NCBI GenBank assembly: GCA_950097015.1 | Contig: CATNEN010000005.1 | Span: 868,001 to 932,000 of the forward strand | Direction: 5' to 3' | DNA from: Macrostomum hystrix | Taxonomy: Eukaryota; Animalia; Platyhelminthes | Length of the DNA stretch: 64,000 nucleotides | Part shown: positions 25,301 to 37,700 of the stretch, in pieces | Layout: each line of letters opens with the position of its first letter | Numbering within the stretch: position 1 is the first letter of the stretch | Made by a program: the position numbers and the translations under genes | Notes under the pieces: generated by a model | What the model was told of the DNA's origin: nothing | Databases searched by the model: none | Seen by the model: only the letters and a program-made list of their open reading frames with translations

Positions 25301-27150
25301 TTCAGTAAAAATTTTATAAATTCGGTGCATTAAAACAAAAGTGGTGCATTTAAACAAAGTATTTATTTTGAGGAAAGCTGTATCTAAGAAAAAGGCCCTA
25401 TTTCACAATCCTACTCTCATTAATTAAAAATTTCACCCTAATCCGATTTTTCCTAATACCATTTTTTATCCTAATCTTATACTCGATCCTAATCCCATTG
25501 TTGATCTGAATCCCATAACTGATCTAAATTACACTATGGATCCCAATCCCATTTCTGATCCCAATCCCATTTCTCACCCCAATCCCGCTGTTGATTCTAA
25601 TCCCACTGTTGATCCTAATCCTATAGCTGATCCCACCCCAGATCTCAATCCCGCTACTAATAATCATTCCTTATCCTATGTGAATTCTCATTTCTTAGAC
25701 TACTCCCACTTTTGATCCGAATCCCCTTTCTGATCGTATTATAATTTTTATCCCAATCCTAATCCGATTTTATAAGTCAAATTGGCATTTAAACCCTCGT
25801 GTATCACTTATAGGCCCTCGAAGCAGTCAAAGTGATTCTTCAAGGCATCGAGTCGAATAAAGAACAGGAACTAGAGCAGGTAGGCAGTCTATCTGCACCT
25901 CGGCAGCAGCAGCAGCAGCAGTCGACGAAGCATCAGCTGCGCCTGTTCTCGGCACCAGACGGCTCGCTCCGCTGCGTGGCCATTAGAAAGCGCTTGCCAA
26001 GCTGTGAGGTCTGCGGCCGCGAGCCATGCATCGCGGACGTTCGCGCCATAGACTATGAAGCATTCTGCGGCCTGCCGGCCTGCGACATTGTGACACCCAG
26101 GACCCCGGTGCCTGGCCAGGCTCGAGTTAGCGCGACCGAGTTTGCCAGGGTTTGTTTCAGTTTTATTCTTTCTCTCTTTGGGATTTCTTATCCTGGATAT
26201 TGGTCGGGAGTTCGAATCTCTTTACTATTGAGTTTTGAGAATTTTCGCTTTACTATCGTTTTTAAACCAGGTCTACTTCGCAGCCAGGGAGTCAGCCGAG
26301 CCGCACCTGCTTCTAGACGTTCGACCCGAATGCGAATACGCAATCTGTCGCTTGCGCGGCAGCCTCAACCTGCCCCTGTCCCGTCTGGCCCAGCCTGTTG
26401 GCAAAGCTCTGCTGTTTGAAGCTCTGCAGCCTCTACTGAATGGTATCGGCGATGCTGCTGGCGACTACGGTGGCGGCAGCCGTGACTCCCTGCTGCCCGG
26501 TTGGTTGCTGTGACTCGAATGACATTTGGCTGTTTAGGATCTTGTGGATGGGGATCTGGATATTTTAGACAGTGATTTGAATATTGTAGATGGGGATTTG
26601 AGTCTTGTAGATAGGGATTTGAATCTTGTAGATAAGGATTTGAATATTGTAGATAGGGAGTTGAATATTGTATATGGGGATTTGAATATTGTATATGGGG
26701 ATTTGAATATTTTAGATCTGGATTTGAATATTGTCGATTAGGATTTTATTCTTGTAGATGGGGATTTGAGTCTTGAAGATAAGGATTTGAATCTTATGGG
26801 TGAGGATTTTTGTCTTGTAGATGAGAATTGGAATCTTGTAGATTGGGATTTTAACTTTGTAGGTGGGGATTGGAAACAGTTTAGTTAGGATCTTTGCGTT
26901 GTAGATATGAATAATTACAGAATGTTGTTAGATTGAATATAAACTCATTTTTAAGATCCTTTTATACACAAATATATTCTCCCTGTCTTAACGCACAGTG
27001 TACATAATCTGCCGCCGCGGCAACGACTCCCAAGTGGCTGTTCGCATACTGCAGGAGCAGCTGGCTGGCCGACCATGCCGACTAGTTGACATTGCCGGCG
27101 GCCTTACTGCCTGGGCTGCCCAAGTAGATAAAGAGTTTCCTATCTACTGA
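22366..27150 (+). CDS. MOCS3: Adenylyltransferase and sulfurtransferase MOCS3/UBA4 (ThiF/MoeB + rhodanese), ~451 aa
   Basis: Exons 22366-22555, 22728-22848, 23715-23789, 23876-24128, 25814-26149, 26271-26499 and 26999-27150 are in phase. Motifs: [44 protein letters not shown], rhodanese loop CRRGNDS, C-terminal DKEFPIY*. Confidence 0.95.
22855..23655. repeat. 18-bp minisatellite (CTGATCCCCATCCAGTTA) filling MOCS3 intron 2
   Basis: Starts about 6 nt after the donor at 22849. Confidence 0.95.
24548..24967 (+). mobile_element. Non-autonomous CMC/EnSpm-type MITE, copy 1 (MOCS3 intron 4)
   Basis: Termini CCCTGTAAAAAA...TTTTTTAGCGGG; 2-bp TSD TT/TT; near-identical to 46923-47340. Confidence 0.8.
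25480..25780 (+). repeat. Degenerate GATCC(C/T)AATCCC-type tandem repeat in MOCS3 intron 4
   Basis: Recurrent GATCCCAATCCC / GATCTGAATCCC motifs at ~18-bp spacing. Confidence 0.65.
26545..26880 (-). repeat. Degenerate 21-bp repeat (GATGGGGATTTGAATATTGTA) in MOCS3 intron 6
   Basis: Visible 21-bp period; opposite orientation to the GATCCC-family arrays in introns 2 and 4. Confidence 0.75.
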
Positions 27151-27894
27151 GAAACCTGTTTTTTTGTTTAAAACCAAAAAGTTTGAATTTCGCCAAGTCT
27201 ATATAAACTTTTTTCCGTCATATTTTCGTTCTAAAATTTGAAGATCAATTTTGTAACAATATGTGCGCCTTTCTACTATTCGATATTTTTGGTCAGTAGT
27301 ATGTTTAACACAAAATTCATGGTATATAGTTTAAATTGAGAAAAGGCTTTATTTTTTAAATACTTGTATTTTACTTATTCCTGACCCTAAAACAGTTTAT
27401 TATCAAGGTTTTTTTGGTTAAGGTTATTTCTTATCATAATCTTTCTCTTATTGTCAAGTGAAATTTTCTATCTTGCCCTAATCTGCCCTTTAATGTACAT
27501 ATTTTATCTGAGGCCGATAGCTTTAGTCTGCTCTGATTGGCTGAAGTGAAACCCCCCTGACCACAACCCCACAGGAAGGATTAGAGAATAAACAAAAGTA
27601 TAGTATCGTAGGCATTGTGAATCGTTGCTTTTAATATAACCTGAAGGCTTAAATTCAACAGCTTATAAAAATAAATTCAATGTCTTATCCTAATCTTTTT
27701 TACTTTAGATTTAATGTAACATTTTTATGTATCCAGTCTGCTGTGTTAGTAACAGTTCCCTGTAAATATGTTTATTTTTCTGCCTTTTCAGCTTTTCATA
27801 GCACCGTTGTGTTCAATTTACTCATTTGCTAATGTTTCTACCATTTTTAAAAGTACATATAAAGAAACTAAGTGGCTAGCAGAATGTTGAAATA

Positions 27895-29000
27895 TAGAGT
27901 GGGATTTGGATCAGGGATGTGAATGGGATTTGGATCAGGAATGTGATTGGGATTTGGATCAGAAATGTCATTATGATTTGGATCAGGGGTGTGATTGGGA
28001 TTTGGATCAGGGATGTAATTTGGGATTTAGAGTGTGATTTGGATCAGGAATGTTAGTGGGATTTGGATCAGAAATGTGATTGGGATTTGGATCAGGGATG
28101 TAATTTGGGATTTAGAGTGTGATTTGGATCAGGAATGTTAGTGGGATTTGGATCAGAAATGTGATTGGGATTTGGATCAGAAATGTGATTGGGATTTGGA
28201 TCAGAAATGTGATTGGGATTTGGATCAGGATGTAATTTGGGATTTAGAGTGTGATTTGGATCAGGAATGTTAGTGGGATTTGGATCAGAAATGTGATTGG
28301 GATTTGGATCAGGGATGTAATTTGGGATTTAGAGTGTGATTTGGATCAGGAATGTTAGTGGGATTTGGATCAGAAATGTGATTGGGATTTGGATCAGGAA
28401 TGTGATTGGGATTTGGATCAGGGATGTAATTTGGGATTTAGAGTGTGATTTGGATCAGGAATGTTAGTGGGATTTGGATCAGAAATGTGATTGGGATTTG
28501 GATCAGGGATGTAATTTGGGATTTAGAGTGTGATTTGGATCAGGAATGTTAGTGGGATTTGGATCAGAAATGTGATTGGGATTTGGATCAGGGATGTAAT
28601 TTGGGATTTAGAGTGTGATTTGGATCAGGAATGTTAGTGGGATTTGGATCAGAAATGTGATTGGGATTTGGATCAGGAATGTGATTGGGATTTGGATCAG
28701 GGATGTAATTTGGGATTTAGAGTGTGATTTGGATCAGGAATGTTAGTGGGATTTGGATCAGAAATGTGATTGGGATTTGGATCAGGGATGTAATTTGGGA
28801 TTTAGAGTGTGATTTGGATCAGGAATGTTAGTGGGATTTGGATCAGAAATGTGATTGGGATTTGGATCAGGAATGTGATTGGGATTTGGATCAGGGATGT
28901 AATTTGGGATTTAGAGTGGTATTTGGATCAGAAATGTGAGTGGGATTTGGATCAGGATTGGGATTGGGATTTTGCGCGGGATTTGGATCAGGAATGTGTT
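27895..29000 (-). repeat. Intergenic satellite: ~24-bp monomer GGGATTTGGATCAGGAATGTGATT organised as an ~85-bp higher-order unit
   Basis: The recurring ordered block ...CAGGGATGTAATTTGGGATTTAGAGTGTGATTTGGATCAGGAATGTTAGT... is visible about ten times. Confidence 0.9.
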
Positions 29001-29552
29001 TAAAATTTCGAGTTAGATTTTATTCAAGAATGGGATTGGGAATTTGAGTGGGATTAGGATAAATAAATGTGAATCAGATCGGGATTGAAATTCAGATAAT
29101 CATTAGGAATAAGATAAGGAACGGGATTAAAATGTCAATAGGTATTGCGATTATAATTAATCTTTGTATCATCAATAACAATAGAATTACGATTCGATGT
29201 GGGCTTAGGATCGGGATTGGAGTTCGGATTCAGATTGGATTTGAGATATAAAATATTCAAAATCAGAAACGCCTTGTGTCGCATCATTTATTTACACAAT
29301 TTAGATGCTATAGGACATTTAGGTATTAAAGGTAAGAAAGGTAAACGTATCAAAATTATCGATTCGTCCTTGTTTTACTATGTAGAATGTAGATGATTAT
29401 CCCTATAGTCTATGGCAGCAAAAAGATGCCGAAGTGTTTCTATAAAAAACTATTTTTTTCAGTAGCACACAGATTGAAGCCAGCTCAGAGTGACCATTGA
29501 ATTGAAAATATAATTAGCGGATCTATTGCCACAGTCGGCAGCGCACTCCGCC

Positions 29553-32500
29553 ATGGACAAAGTCAGTAAGAAGGCCGACGAAGTCAAAAGACCTGCGCCC
29601 GCTACTGCAGGCGCCGCTAACGCCGCTTCAACTCATTCCCATCTGACTCAGTCGCACTCTTATCGATTGCCAACGCAGCAGCAGCAGAAACAGCAGCAGC
29701 AGCAGCCGACGATGACGTCAAGACTGCACACGCTGCTGAAACCTTCAGCGGCCACTTCGCGCCTACCACCTGGCACATCTGTAGCGGTGTCTGGCCCTGC
29801 CAAGGAGAACAGGCGGCCCGCTTATGCGGCGTCAGCTGCGACTGCACCCGCCGCCACTGTCGGAGGTCGCTATCATCAGGCTGCAGCGTCGCGTCCTGCC
29901 GCCGCTGTCGCCACCGGCGCAGCTGCCAAATCCGCCGCCTCTGCTGCCGCCGCTGCCACCGCTGCGGCCGCCGCTAGACTAAGGGCCGCCGCCGCCGCTT
30001 CAGCCGCCACCAGCTCTGCTTCTTCAACAGCCGTGCCAACCTCGGAGCGATTGAAACAACTAGCCGGGTCAGCTTCCGGAGCTTCTTCGGCAACTCCTGC
30101 TTCCACGGTTGCAGTCAGCAAGCTTCAGCAGGAGAAGCTGCGTTCAACATCTAATATAGATGCTATTCGAGCTAAACTCAAGCAGGCTGTTCCACCACCG
30201 GCACCGCCTGTTGCCGCCGCCGCTGCCGCCAATGCGGACGCCAACGATGGTGGATCTTCCAGATCCTCCGAGGTTGAACTGAACCAAGTCAAGCTTGAGA
30301 ACAACGGCCCAACAGGTGATATTAATCGCGAAGGTAAGGAGACACTCAGCGATACAATCTGCCGACTGCACGCTGAAGCTCCAGACGACGCGTCAAATGA
30401 CGAAGATGAGGATCTAGAGGCCAAGAAACAGCAGCAGCAAAAGCAACAACAACTGCAGCAGCAGCAGCAGCAGCAACTGCTGGCTCAACAACAGGCACAG
30501 CGTCAGCGCAATGAGCAATGGTCAATTAACGACTTCGACATCGGACAGCTGCTTGGCCGCGGTAAATTTGGCTGCGTTTTTCAGGGCCGCGAGAAACGAT
30601 CGCGTTTCCTAGTGGCCATCAAGATTCTGTTTAAAGCTCAGATCACCAAGTACAAGATTCACAATCAGATTAAGCGAGAAATCGAAATACAGAGCCACCT
30701 GCAACATCCGAATGTGCTGAGATTGTACGCCTATTTTCACGATCCCAAACGAGTCTATCTTATTCTGGAATTTGCTAGCGGCGGAGAACTCTTCAAGGTG
30801 CTGTCAGCCGCTACCAGATTCAGCGACAGGCGGGCTGCCACCTACATCTATCAGCTGTTACACGCGCTGCGCTATTGTCACTCTTTGAAGGTCTATCATC
30901 GCGATATTAAACCGGAGAATCTCTTATTGTCTGGCAGCGGGGCGCTCAAGGTAATTGCTGAGACAATCACGTTTTTGTGTTCATGTTATAACACAATCTT
31001 TTAGCTGTGTAGACACTATATGAAGCTGGTTAGTTGCAATTGTAAAGCTGTTAGATACAATTTTTTAGTTGTTAAATAACCTGTCAGCTGTTGGATACAA
31101 TCTGTCAGCAGTTAGACACACAATCTTTCAGCTGTTAGACACACAATCTTTCAGCTGTTAGACACACAATCTTTCAGCTGTTAGATGCAATTTTTTAGTT
31201 GTTAAATAATCTGTCAGCTGTTGGATACAATCTGTCAGCAGTTAGACACACAATCTTTCAGCTGTTAGACACACAATCTTTCAGCTGTTAGACACACAAT
31301 CTTTCAGCTGTTAGACACACAATCTTTCAGCTGTTAGATGCAATTTTTTAATTGTTAAATAATCTGTCAGCTGTTGGATACAATATGTCAGCAGTTAGAC
31401 ACACAATCTTTCAGCTGTTAGACACACAATCTTTCAGCTGTTAGATACAATTTTTTAGTTTTTAAATAATCTGTCAGCTGTTGGATACAATCTGTCAGCA
31501 GTTAGACACAATCTTTCAGCTGTTAGACACACAATCTTTCAGCTGTTAGACACACAATCTTTCAGCTGTTAGACACACAATCTTTCAGCTGTTAGACACA
31601 CAATCTTTCAGCTGTTAGATACAATTTTTTAGTTTTTAAATAATCTGTCAGCTGTTGGATACAATCTGTCAGCAGTTAGACACACAATCTTTCAGCTGTT
31701 AGACACACAATCTTTCAGCTGTTAGACACACAATCTTTCAGCTGTTAGACACACAATCTTTCAGCTGTTAGACACACAATCTTTCAGCTGTTAGACACAC
31801 AATCTTTCAGCTGTTAGATACAATTTTTTAGTTTTTAAATAATCTGTCAGCTGTTGGATACAATCTGTCAGCAGTTAGACACACAATCTTTCAGCTGTTA
31901 GACACACAATCTTTCAGCTGTTAGACACACAATCTTTCAGCTGTTAGATACAATTTTTTAGTTTTTAAATAATCTGTCAGCTGTTGGATACAATCTGTCA
32001 GCAGTTAGACACACAATCTTTCAGCTGTTAGACACACAATCTTTCAGCTGTTAGATACAATTTTTTAGTTTTTAAATAATCTGTCAGCTGTTGGATACAA
32101 TCTGTCAGCAGTTAGACACACAATCTTTCAGCTGTTAGACACACAATCTTTCAGCTGTTAGACACACAATCTTTCAGCTGTTAGACACACAATCTTTCAG
32201 CTGTTAGACACACAATCTTTCAGCTGTTAGACACACAATCTTTCAGCTGTTAGACACACAATCTTTCAGCTGTTAGACACACAATCTTTCAGCTGTTAGA
32301 CACACAATCTTTCAGCTGTTAGACACACAATCTTTCAGCTGTTAGACACACAATCTTTCAGCTGTTAGACACAATCAGTCAGCTGTTAGACACCATCAGT
32401 CAGTAATATTGCTATCTGTACATTTCGCCGCTACTGCTGTTGCAGATGGCCGATTTCGGCTGGTCGGTGCACTCTCCCGGCTCTAACCGGACCACAGTTT

Positions 32501-32889
32501 GCGGCACGCCAGACTACCTGCCGCCAGAGATGATCGCCAACCGGCCCTACGATCATCGCGTCGACATTTGGGCCACCGGCGTGTTGACCTACGAGTTCTT
32601 AAGCGGTGCTCCGCCATTCGCCGAGACTAACGAGCAGCGCAAGATGTCTAAGATTGTTCGCGGCGAGTTTAACTGGCCCAGGCATTTCCTCCCCGAGGCT
32701 AAATCGTTCATTGGTTCGATTCTGCGAGTCAGGCCCGAGGATCGGGCTAGCCTGGAACGGCTGATGACTCACCAGTGGATTGAGAATCACGCAGAGAAGG
32801 TTCTAGACAGAGGGCCAGATCTCACTGGCGAGGCGGACAGGCTGGCGGCGTCTGCTGCTGCTGCTGCTTCAGGTGGTTCTCGCGCTTGA
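29553..32889 (+). CDS. AURKA: Aurora kinase, Aurora-A-like, ~613 aa with a long Ala/Gln-rich N-terminus
   Basis: Exons 29553-30950 and 32446-32889. Motifs: LGRGKFG, HRDIKPEN, ADFGWSV, RTTVCGTPDYLPPE, C-terminal RASL D-box-like. A small residue in LRLYAYFHD occupies the site that separates Aurora A (Gly) from B (Asn). KEN motif in the N-terminus. Confidence 0.9.
31000..32400. repeat. 23-bp minisatellite (GCTGTTAGACACACAATCTTTCA) with a periodic longer variant block, filling the Aurora intron
   Basis: Visible tandem copies interleaved with the recurring block TTAGATACAATTTTTTAGTTTTTAAATAATCTGTCAG. Confidence 0.95.
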
Positions 32890-33821
32890 TTTACAATTTA
32901 TCGAATCCATCGATCAACAATCTACTTGATTCTATTTGTAGAATGTATGTTAGTCACATCTAAAGTTTCTTTTATAATTCCCATTTATATGTAACGTACT
33001 GGGAGTAGATGACGAGTCATCGTATTATCCTAATGCGGCCATAGTTACTCCAGCCGTTTACTTTTCTCTTTATATTTAATTTTTTTTTTCAAAGCCATTT
33101 GAAGTTTTATTTGCTCAGTGGGCTCAGCATTTCTTAACTGTAATTTACAAGGCTAAGTTTTTATAACACTGGTTAATTAATTTACCTGCTAAAATCTTCT
33201 ATTTCTGTATCATTTTTTATCTGCCTTTCATAGCTAAAATATTTCTTACAAGCAAAAAATTCGTTTATGCAGAAAACGCAGTTAAAAACAACTGAATAAT
33301 ATTTTTTCTGTAATTTTTCTAAGCATTTTCTTGGCTTTATCATTGTGTAGTCATTAGTGTTATTTTATAATTTAAACATTTTGTTTAAATGGTGCTACTT
33401 CAAGTAATCTTTATATTACTAAAAACGAATTGCAACTATTCCGTTTTTATTTCCATATTCTATTTTGTCGCTCGCATATGATTTGCTGAAATTATTAATG
33501 TTCTGTTAGCTTGAATTTAGCCTATTCTCAAAGGCTTTCACTTGGTCTGTTAGCTGTCTATTTATAACACTGCATGCTGCTGAAGTGTCATAAAAATTAT
33601 AATCGCAAATTCGTTTCCAGTTTCTTAGACAAAAACTTTATCGTTGACTTGAAAATCGACAGTCTTTTATCAAGTCTTGGGGACTGCCAGCCGACGCCTA
33701 GACATTTAGACCAGTGGTCAAACTTGAAACGTCTGAACAAGAGGTCGCGAGTTCGAGTCTGAAAATCGGTTCCAGGTAACCATTGTATTTTATGAAAATT
33801 CAACGCTTTAAAAACATTGAA

Positions 33822-36800
33822 TCAGCGACCAGTTGTCTGACGCTGCTGTTGATCTTCCCCATCCTCACTGTTGAGTGAGCACACAGTCTGAGCAGCGGCA
33901 GTCGAGCTTGCTCGGCACAGCTGATCGTCCTCATCGAAGGGCGACTCCCAGCTCAGCCGCATGTACATGCACACAGCTGCTCGGTTCTCGTAGCATACAG
34001 TCGCAGCCAAGGTCTGTCTTCGCTTCTGTTGACGCAATCGTTTCGACTGCCAGCATCGCAGAGCGATAACGCCGACAATGGCCACCAAGGCGACCGCCAT
34101 AATGAAGATAGTCAGGCTTGACAAAGTTCCTTTGCTCACGATGCTTGAGAATGAGCTGTAGGAAAATAAAGAGCTGGCAGATTCCGCAGTCTCCAAGTCA
34201 GTCATCACGGGACTTGTACTGGCCAGAATGCAGTGCAAGGTTTGATACCGCTGCACCAGGTGAGGCCTTGTTGCCAGGCAGATCCGATAGCCTTGGCGAG
34301 GCTGCAAACTGTCGCAGGTGACTTTTGTCACAATTCCAGCTGATTGTGTCCCAGGTAGAGGCAGAATGCGACTCGATGGCGGCGCCATCGGCGGATGGCT
34401 GTGATCTGCTGGACTGCACAGAATGGCGTAGTTTGTCCACGAGTTGTTCAGCTCGCTCACGGGGTCTGTTGTAGCTGGCTGGCTGGCTAAATTGTTCACC
34501 TGCACCGTTAGGCTGTTGGGTGTCACCTAGGTCAGGCGTGAATGGTTGCGAGTTGGAAGTTGACCATACAATCGCCCACCTCTGTTACAAAAGCAAACAA
34601 AAGCTCACCTGAATCAATTCGAGTCTAACCACAATCTTTGAGACAATAATTCTGACAGTTTTAATAAGTTCGGTGTTACTTATAATACTGTTGCTGCTGC
34701 TGCTGCTGCCACTTGAAATAGTTTTATCCGCTTCCCAGGTGAAAACGCAACTATACCAGCCACTTAGTTCAATTGACGCGTCTGTAATTAAAAGATCCTG
34801 GTCTGCGGTGACCTTTGAATGACCCCCGCCTGTCGAGATCCCAGATTTCGCTGCAGTCGATTTGGGCAGAACCCAACGGCCTCTACCCTCTAGCGGTGGT
34901 TGAGATCGACACGGCAATCGCAGCTCATGACTCTCAGCTAAGTGAATCACTGACGGAAACAGGTCGGCTATATCTGCTTGGTCGGATACCGTTTGATGAC
35001 GCGCTAAAGGGTGAATGAACAGCAAATTAAACGTACAAAGTTTTCGTTTACAATGGCTTAAAGCTTAGTATTCTGGTATCTAAGGGGTGTACCACGTAGC
35101 ATTGCATAGTATATATTGTAGCTTCAAAAGGCAAAAGTCTTGATCGGAAGAGATAACACATTTTTGCAGATTTAAACGTAAAGAAAATAAGCACGGAGTA
35201 ACGATACCGTATGCACGTGGATGGATAGAGAATATTTTAAGAGGTTGTGCCAAGTAGGGTTTCTAATCAATGTACATTTGGGGTAGAGGTTTCGCCTAGT
35301 TGGATATGACTTATCTATGTACATATAAGGGTAGGAGTTTTTTAGATAAAAACACATTGACGTACATATTTGGGGAAGGATTTTATTCAGCATAAAATCT
35401 GAATAAGACTAAGACATAAGACTAATTGATGTCAATTTGGAGGCTAAAAGTTTAGTCAATTTTCGCCCTAAATGCTTAATTTACACAAACTACTCGTAGA
35501 ATCGATATTTAATCTCATCTGGACTCTCACCCGTCAGTCGCGGCAGCGCTGGACAGTTCACAACCGCTCGCCGACTAAGAAACCGCAATCTAGGACAGTC
35601 TGTCAGATTCAGCAGGCGCAGGTGTGGCAGCGAGTGAAATGCGCCAGCATCAACTAGCATCAGATGCCGGGATGTGTTCAACAGAAGACTTTCTAACCTG
35701 GTCAGTTGAGCCACACTGTCCTTGAACAGAGCTTCAATAAGATTGTCGCTCACGTCTAGATGCCGCAAGTTTGGGAGGCTGGCTGACAGTCGTCCAGACG
35801 ATCCACCTGGTAGTGTCAGCAGCCGATTTTTGCCAACAAGGAGCTCTTCCAGTGACTCGAGGCCAGTCAAAACATTCGGCGACAGGTCCGGGATGTGATT
35901 ACCTGTCAGGTCGAGGCTGAGGAGACTGTTGTTGAAGTGGCGGAAGACACCAGGTTGAAGGACAATCAGCTGGTTGGCTCGCAATGACAGACGACGCAGA
36001 GAGGACAGACCTGCAGGAATTCCATGGTTCAATATTCTTTTGGCGACAGTAGACCTGCAGCCACTGAGGAGGCAATTCTGCCCATTTCGCTGACTCCTGA
36101 GCACACACGCACACGGATGCCGTACGCAGGCAGAAACACACAGAGTGTGTACATCTGCCCTGACTTTCTCATCGTCGGTTGGCCCTCAATTACGTAAATT
36201 AGACTACAAGCCTCCAGAGTCCAATGCCTTCACTCCGCGGCTGCGCCCCAAATAAATGTGGCCTCGTCGCGGAATCGGGCCCAGCGACCTTTGTGCCAGA
36301 GGCAAACGCTTTAGACCGCTCTGCCACTCAGCCCGTTTGGCTGTGAGTTGACTCACTGATCGACAGGCAAAGCACACCCTCAGTGTGTTTCCAGAGAAGG
36401 CTAAATTGGCTCACAGCCCGAACTCACCCCAAAAGGCGTCGGCAGGCAGCTGCTCAAGCAGGTTGCCGCCAAGATCCAGGCGTGTCAGATTCCGACAGCA
36501 CCGGCGACCCAGGCCGCCGCTAGAAGTAGATGACAGCGAGGAGGTCAGGCTTCGAATCCTGTTAGCGTCAAGCCGCAGATCGGTCAGTCCGTCAGCCCAC
36601 GAGAACCATCCGTCACCCACAGACCTCAGCTGATTCCCCGTGAGCCTGAGCTCCCTCAAGGCCGACCACACCTGAACCTGATCACTGGCCGGCGACACAA
36701 AGCCTTCCAGACTGCAATAGACTGCATCTAGTCGACGAATCGACGGAAAGGCTTTCGCCAAGAAGCCGATATCGAGTTTAGTTAGTCGGCTATTGAAGGA

Positions 36801-36971
36801 CAGGTCCAGACGATCCAGTTTCTCTAGACGTCGCTGAGTCGATGGTAAATCTAGTTGAGTCGCCAAATCTACCAGACTGCCGTGCAGGCATTCGTAGATG
36901 TGATCATTGCGATACTGGCAGCTCAGGCTGTGATTCAGCAGCAGCAGCAGCAGCAGCAGTTGTCCAATCAT
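33822..36971 (-). CDS. Single-pass LRR-Ig-FN3 (LIG family, LRRN/LRFN-like) receptor, ~707 aa
   Basis: Exons 36971-36428, 36010-35531, 35003-34609 and 34526-33822 are in phase. They encode a signal peptide, many LxxLxLxxN repeats, an Ig domain (LPC..W..SGWYSC), an FN3-like domain (YRICL) and TM IFIMAVALVAIVGVIAL. Confidence 0.88.
36030..36334 (-). mobile_element. tRNA-derived SINE, near full length, in intron 1 of the LRR gene
   Basis: Head GGCTGAGTGGCAGAGCGGTCTAAAGCG; core GATGAGAAAGTCAGGGCAGATGTACACAC...GTGTGCTCAGGAGTCAGCG shared with the 51.7-kb and 57.1-kb copies. Confidence 0.8.
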
Positions 36972-37424
36972 GACTGATCGAGAAAAATAATCCGAAATAG
37001 AAATCTTGATCGAGTCTTATATAGGCTATGACCGGCACTCAGTTCTTGACAGGGGCCTAAATTCTTGGCATTAGCATTGAGTTCTATCCAGCCATACGGC
37101 TGATTGGGTTATTTGAAGCCTCGTTACATGATCGCCTGATCCTGACTACAAGTAGCACACAGGACTATATGCTATTACCAACTTAGCAATTTAGGCTGGT
37201 GCTGGCTGCAAAAATCCCCAAATCCACCATATAGCAGTAGAGAATAATGTCTGACTTGATTTCAGCTTGCGTCAATGTAGTTTCTAGCCACATACTGCGG
37301 CGAGTTTCTTTGAATGGTTCATTTCAGCCTCTTTAATAGCTTTATATAATTTCAATTCCGACTTCTCTTCACAGATTCAACTAACCAATTCGCAACATCT
37401 AACCTATAAATACTAACATTGACG

Positions 37425-37700
37425 AAGCGGATACGAACCCAGGACCATTTGCTGGTTTTACGAAGCGGATTCGAACCCAGGACCATTTGCTGGTTTTACG
37501 AAGCGGATTCGAACCCAGGACCATTTGTCGTTTTGACGAAGCGGATTCGAAACCAAGACCATTTGTTGGTTTGACGAAGCGGATTCGAACCCAAGACCAT
37601 TTGTTGGTTTGACGAAGCGGATTCGAACCCAGGACCATTTGTTGGTTTAACGAAGCGGATTCGAACCCAGGACCATTTGTTGGTTTAACGAAGCGATTGT
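37425..37700 (-). repeat. ~7 x 38-bp tandem repeat, each unit carrying a pol III B box
   Basis: The minus-strand unit AAAACCAGCAAATGGTCCTGGGTTCGAATCCGCTTCGT contains GGTTCGAATCC. Confidence 0.9.

Noticed and set aside
34582-34608. A 27-nt micro-intron in the LRR gene (GTGAG...TAACAG)
   Set aside because: It leads to a frame that stops before the TM. The acceptor at 34527 gives an 82-nt intron in frame with the FN3-TM exon.
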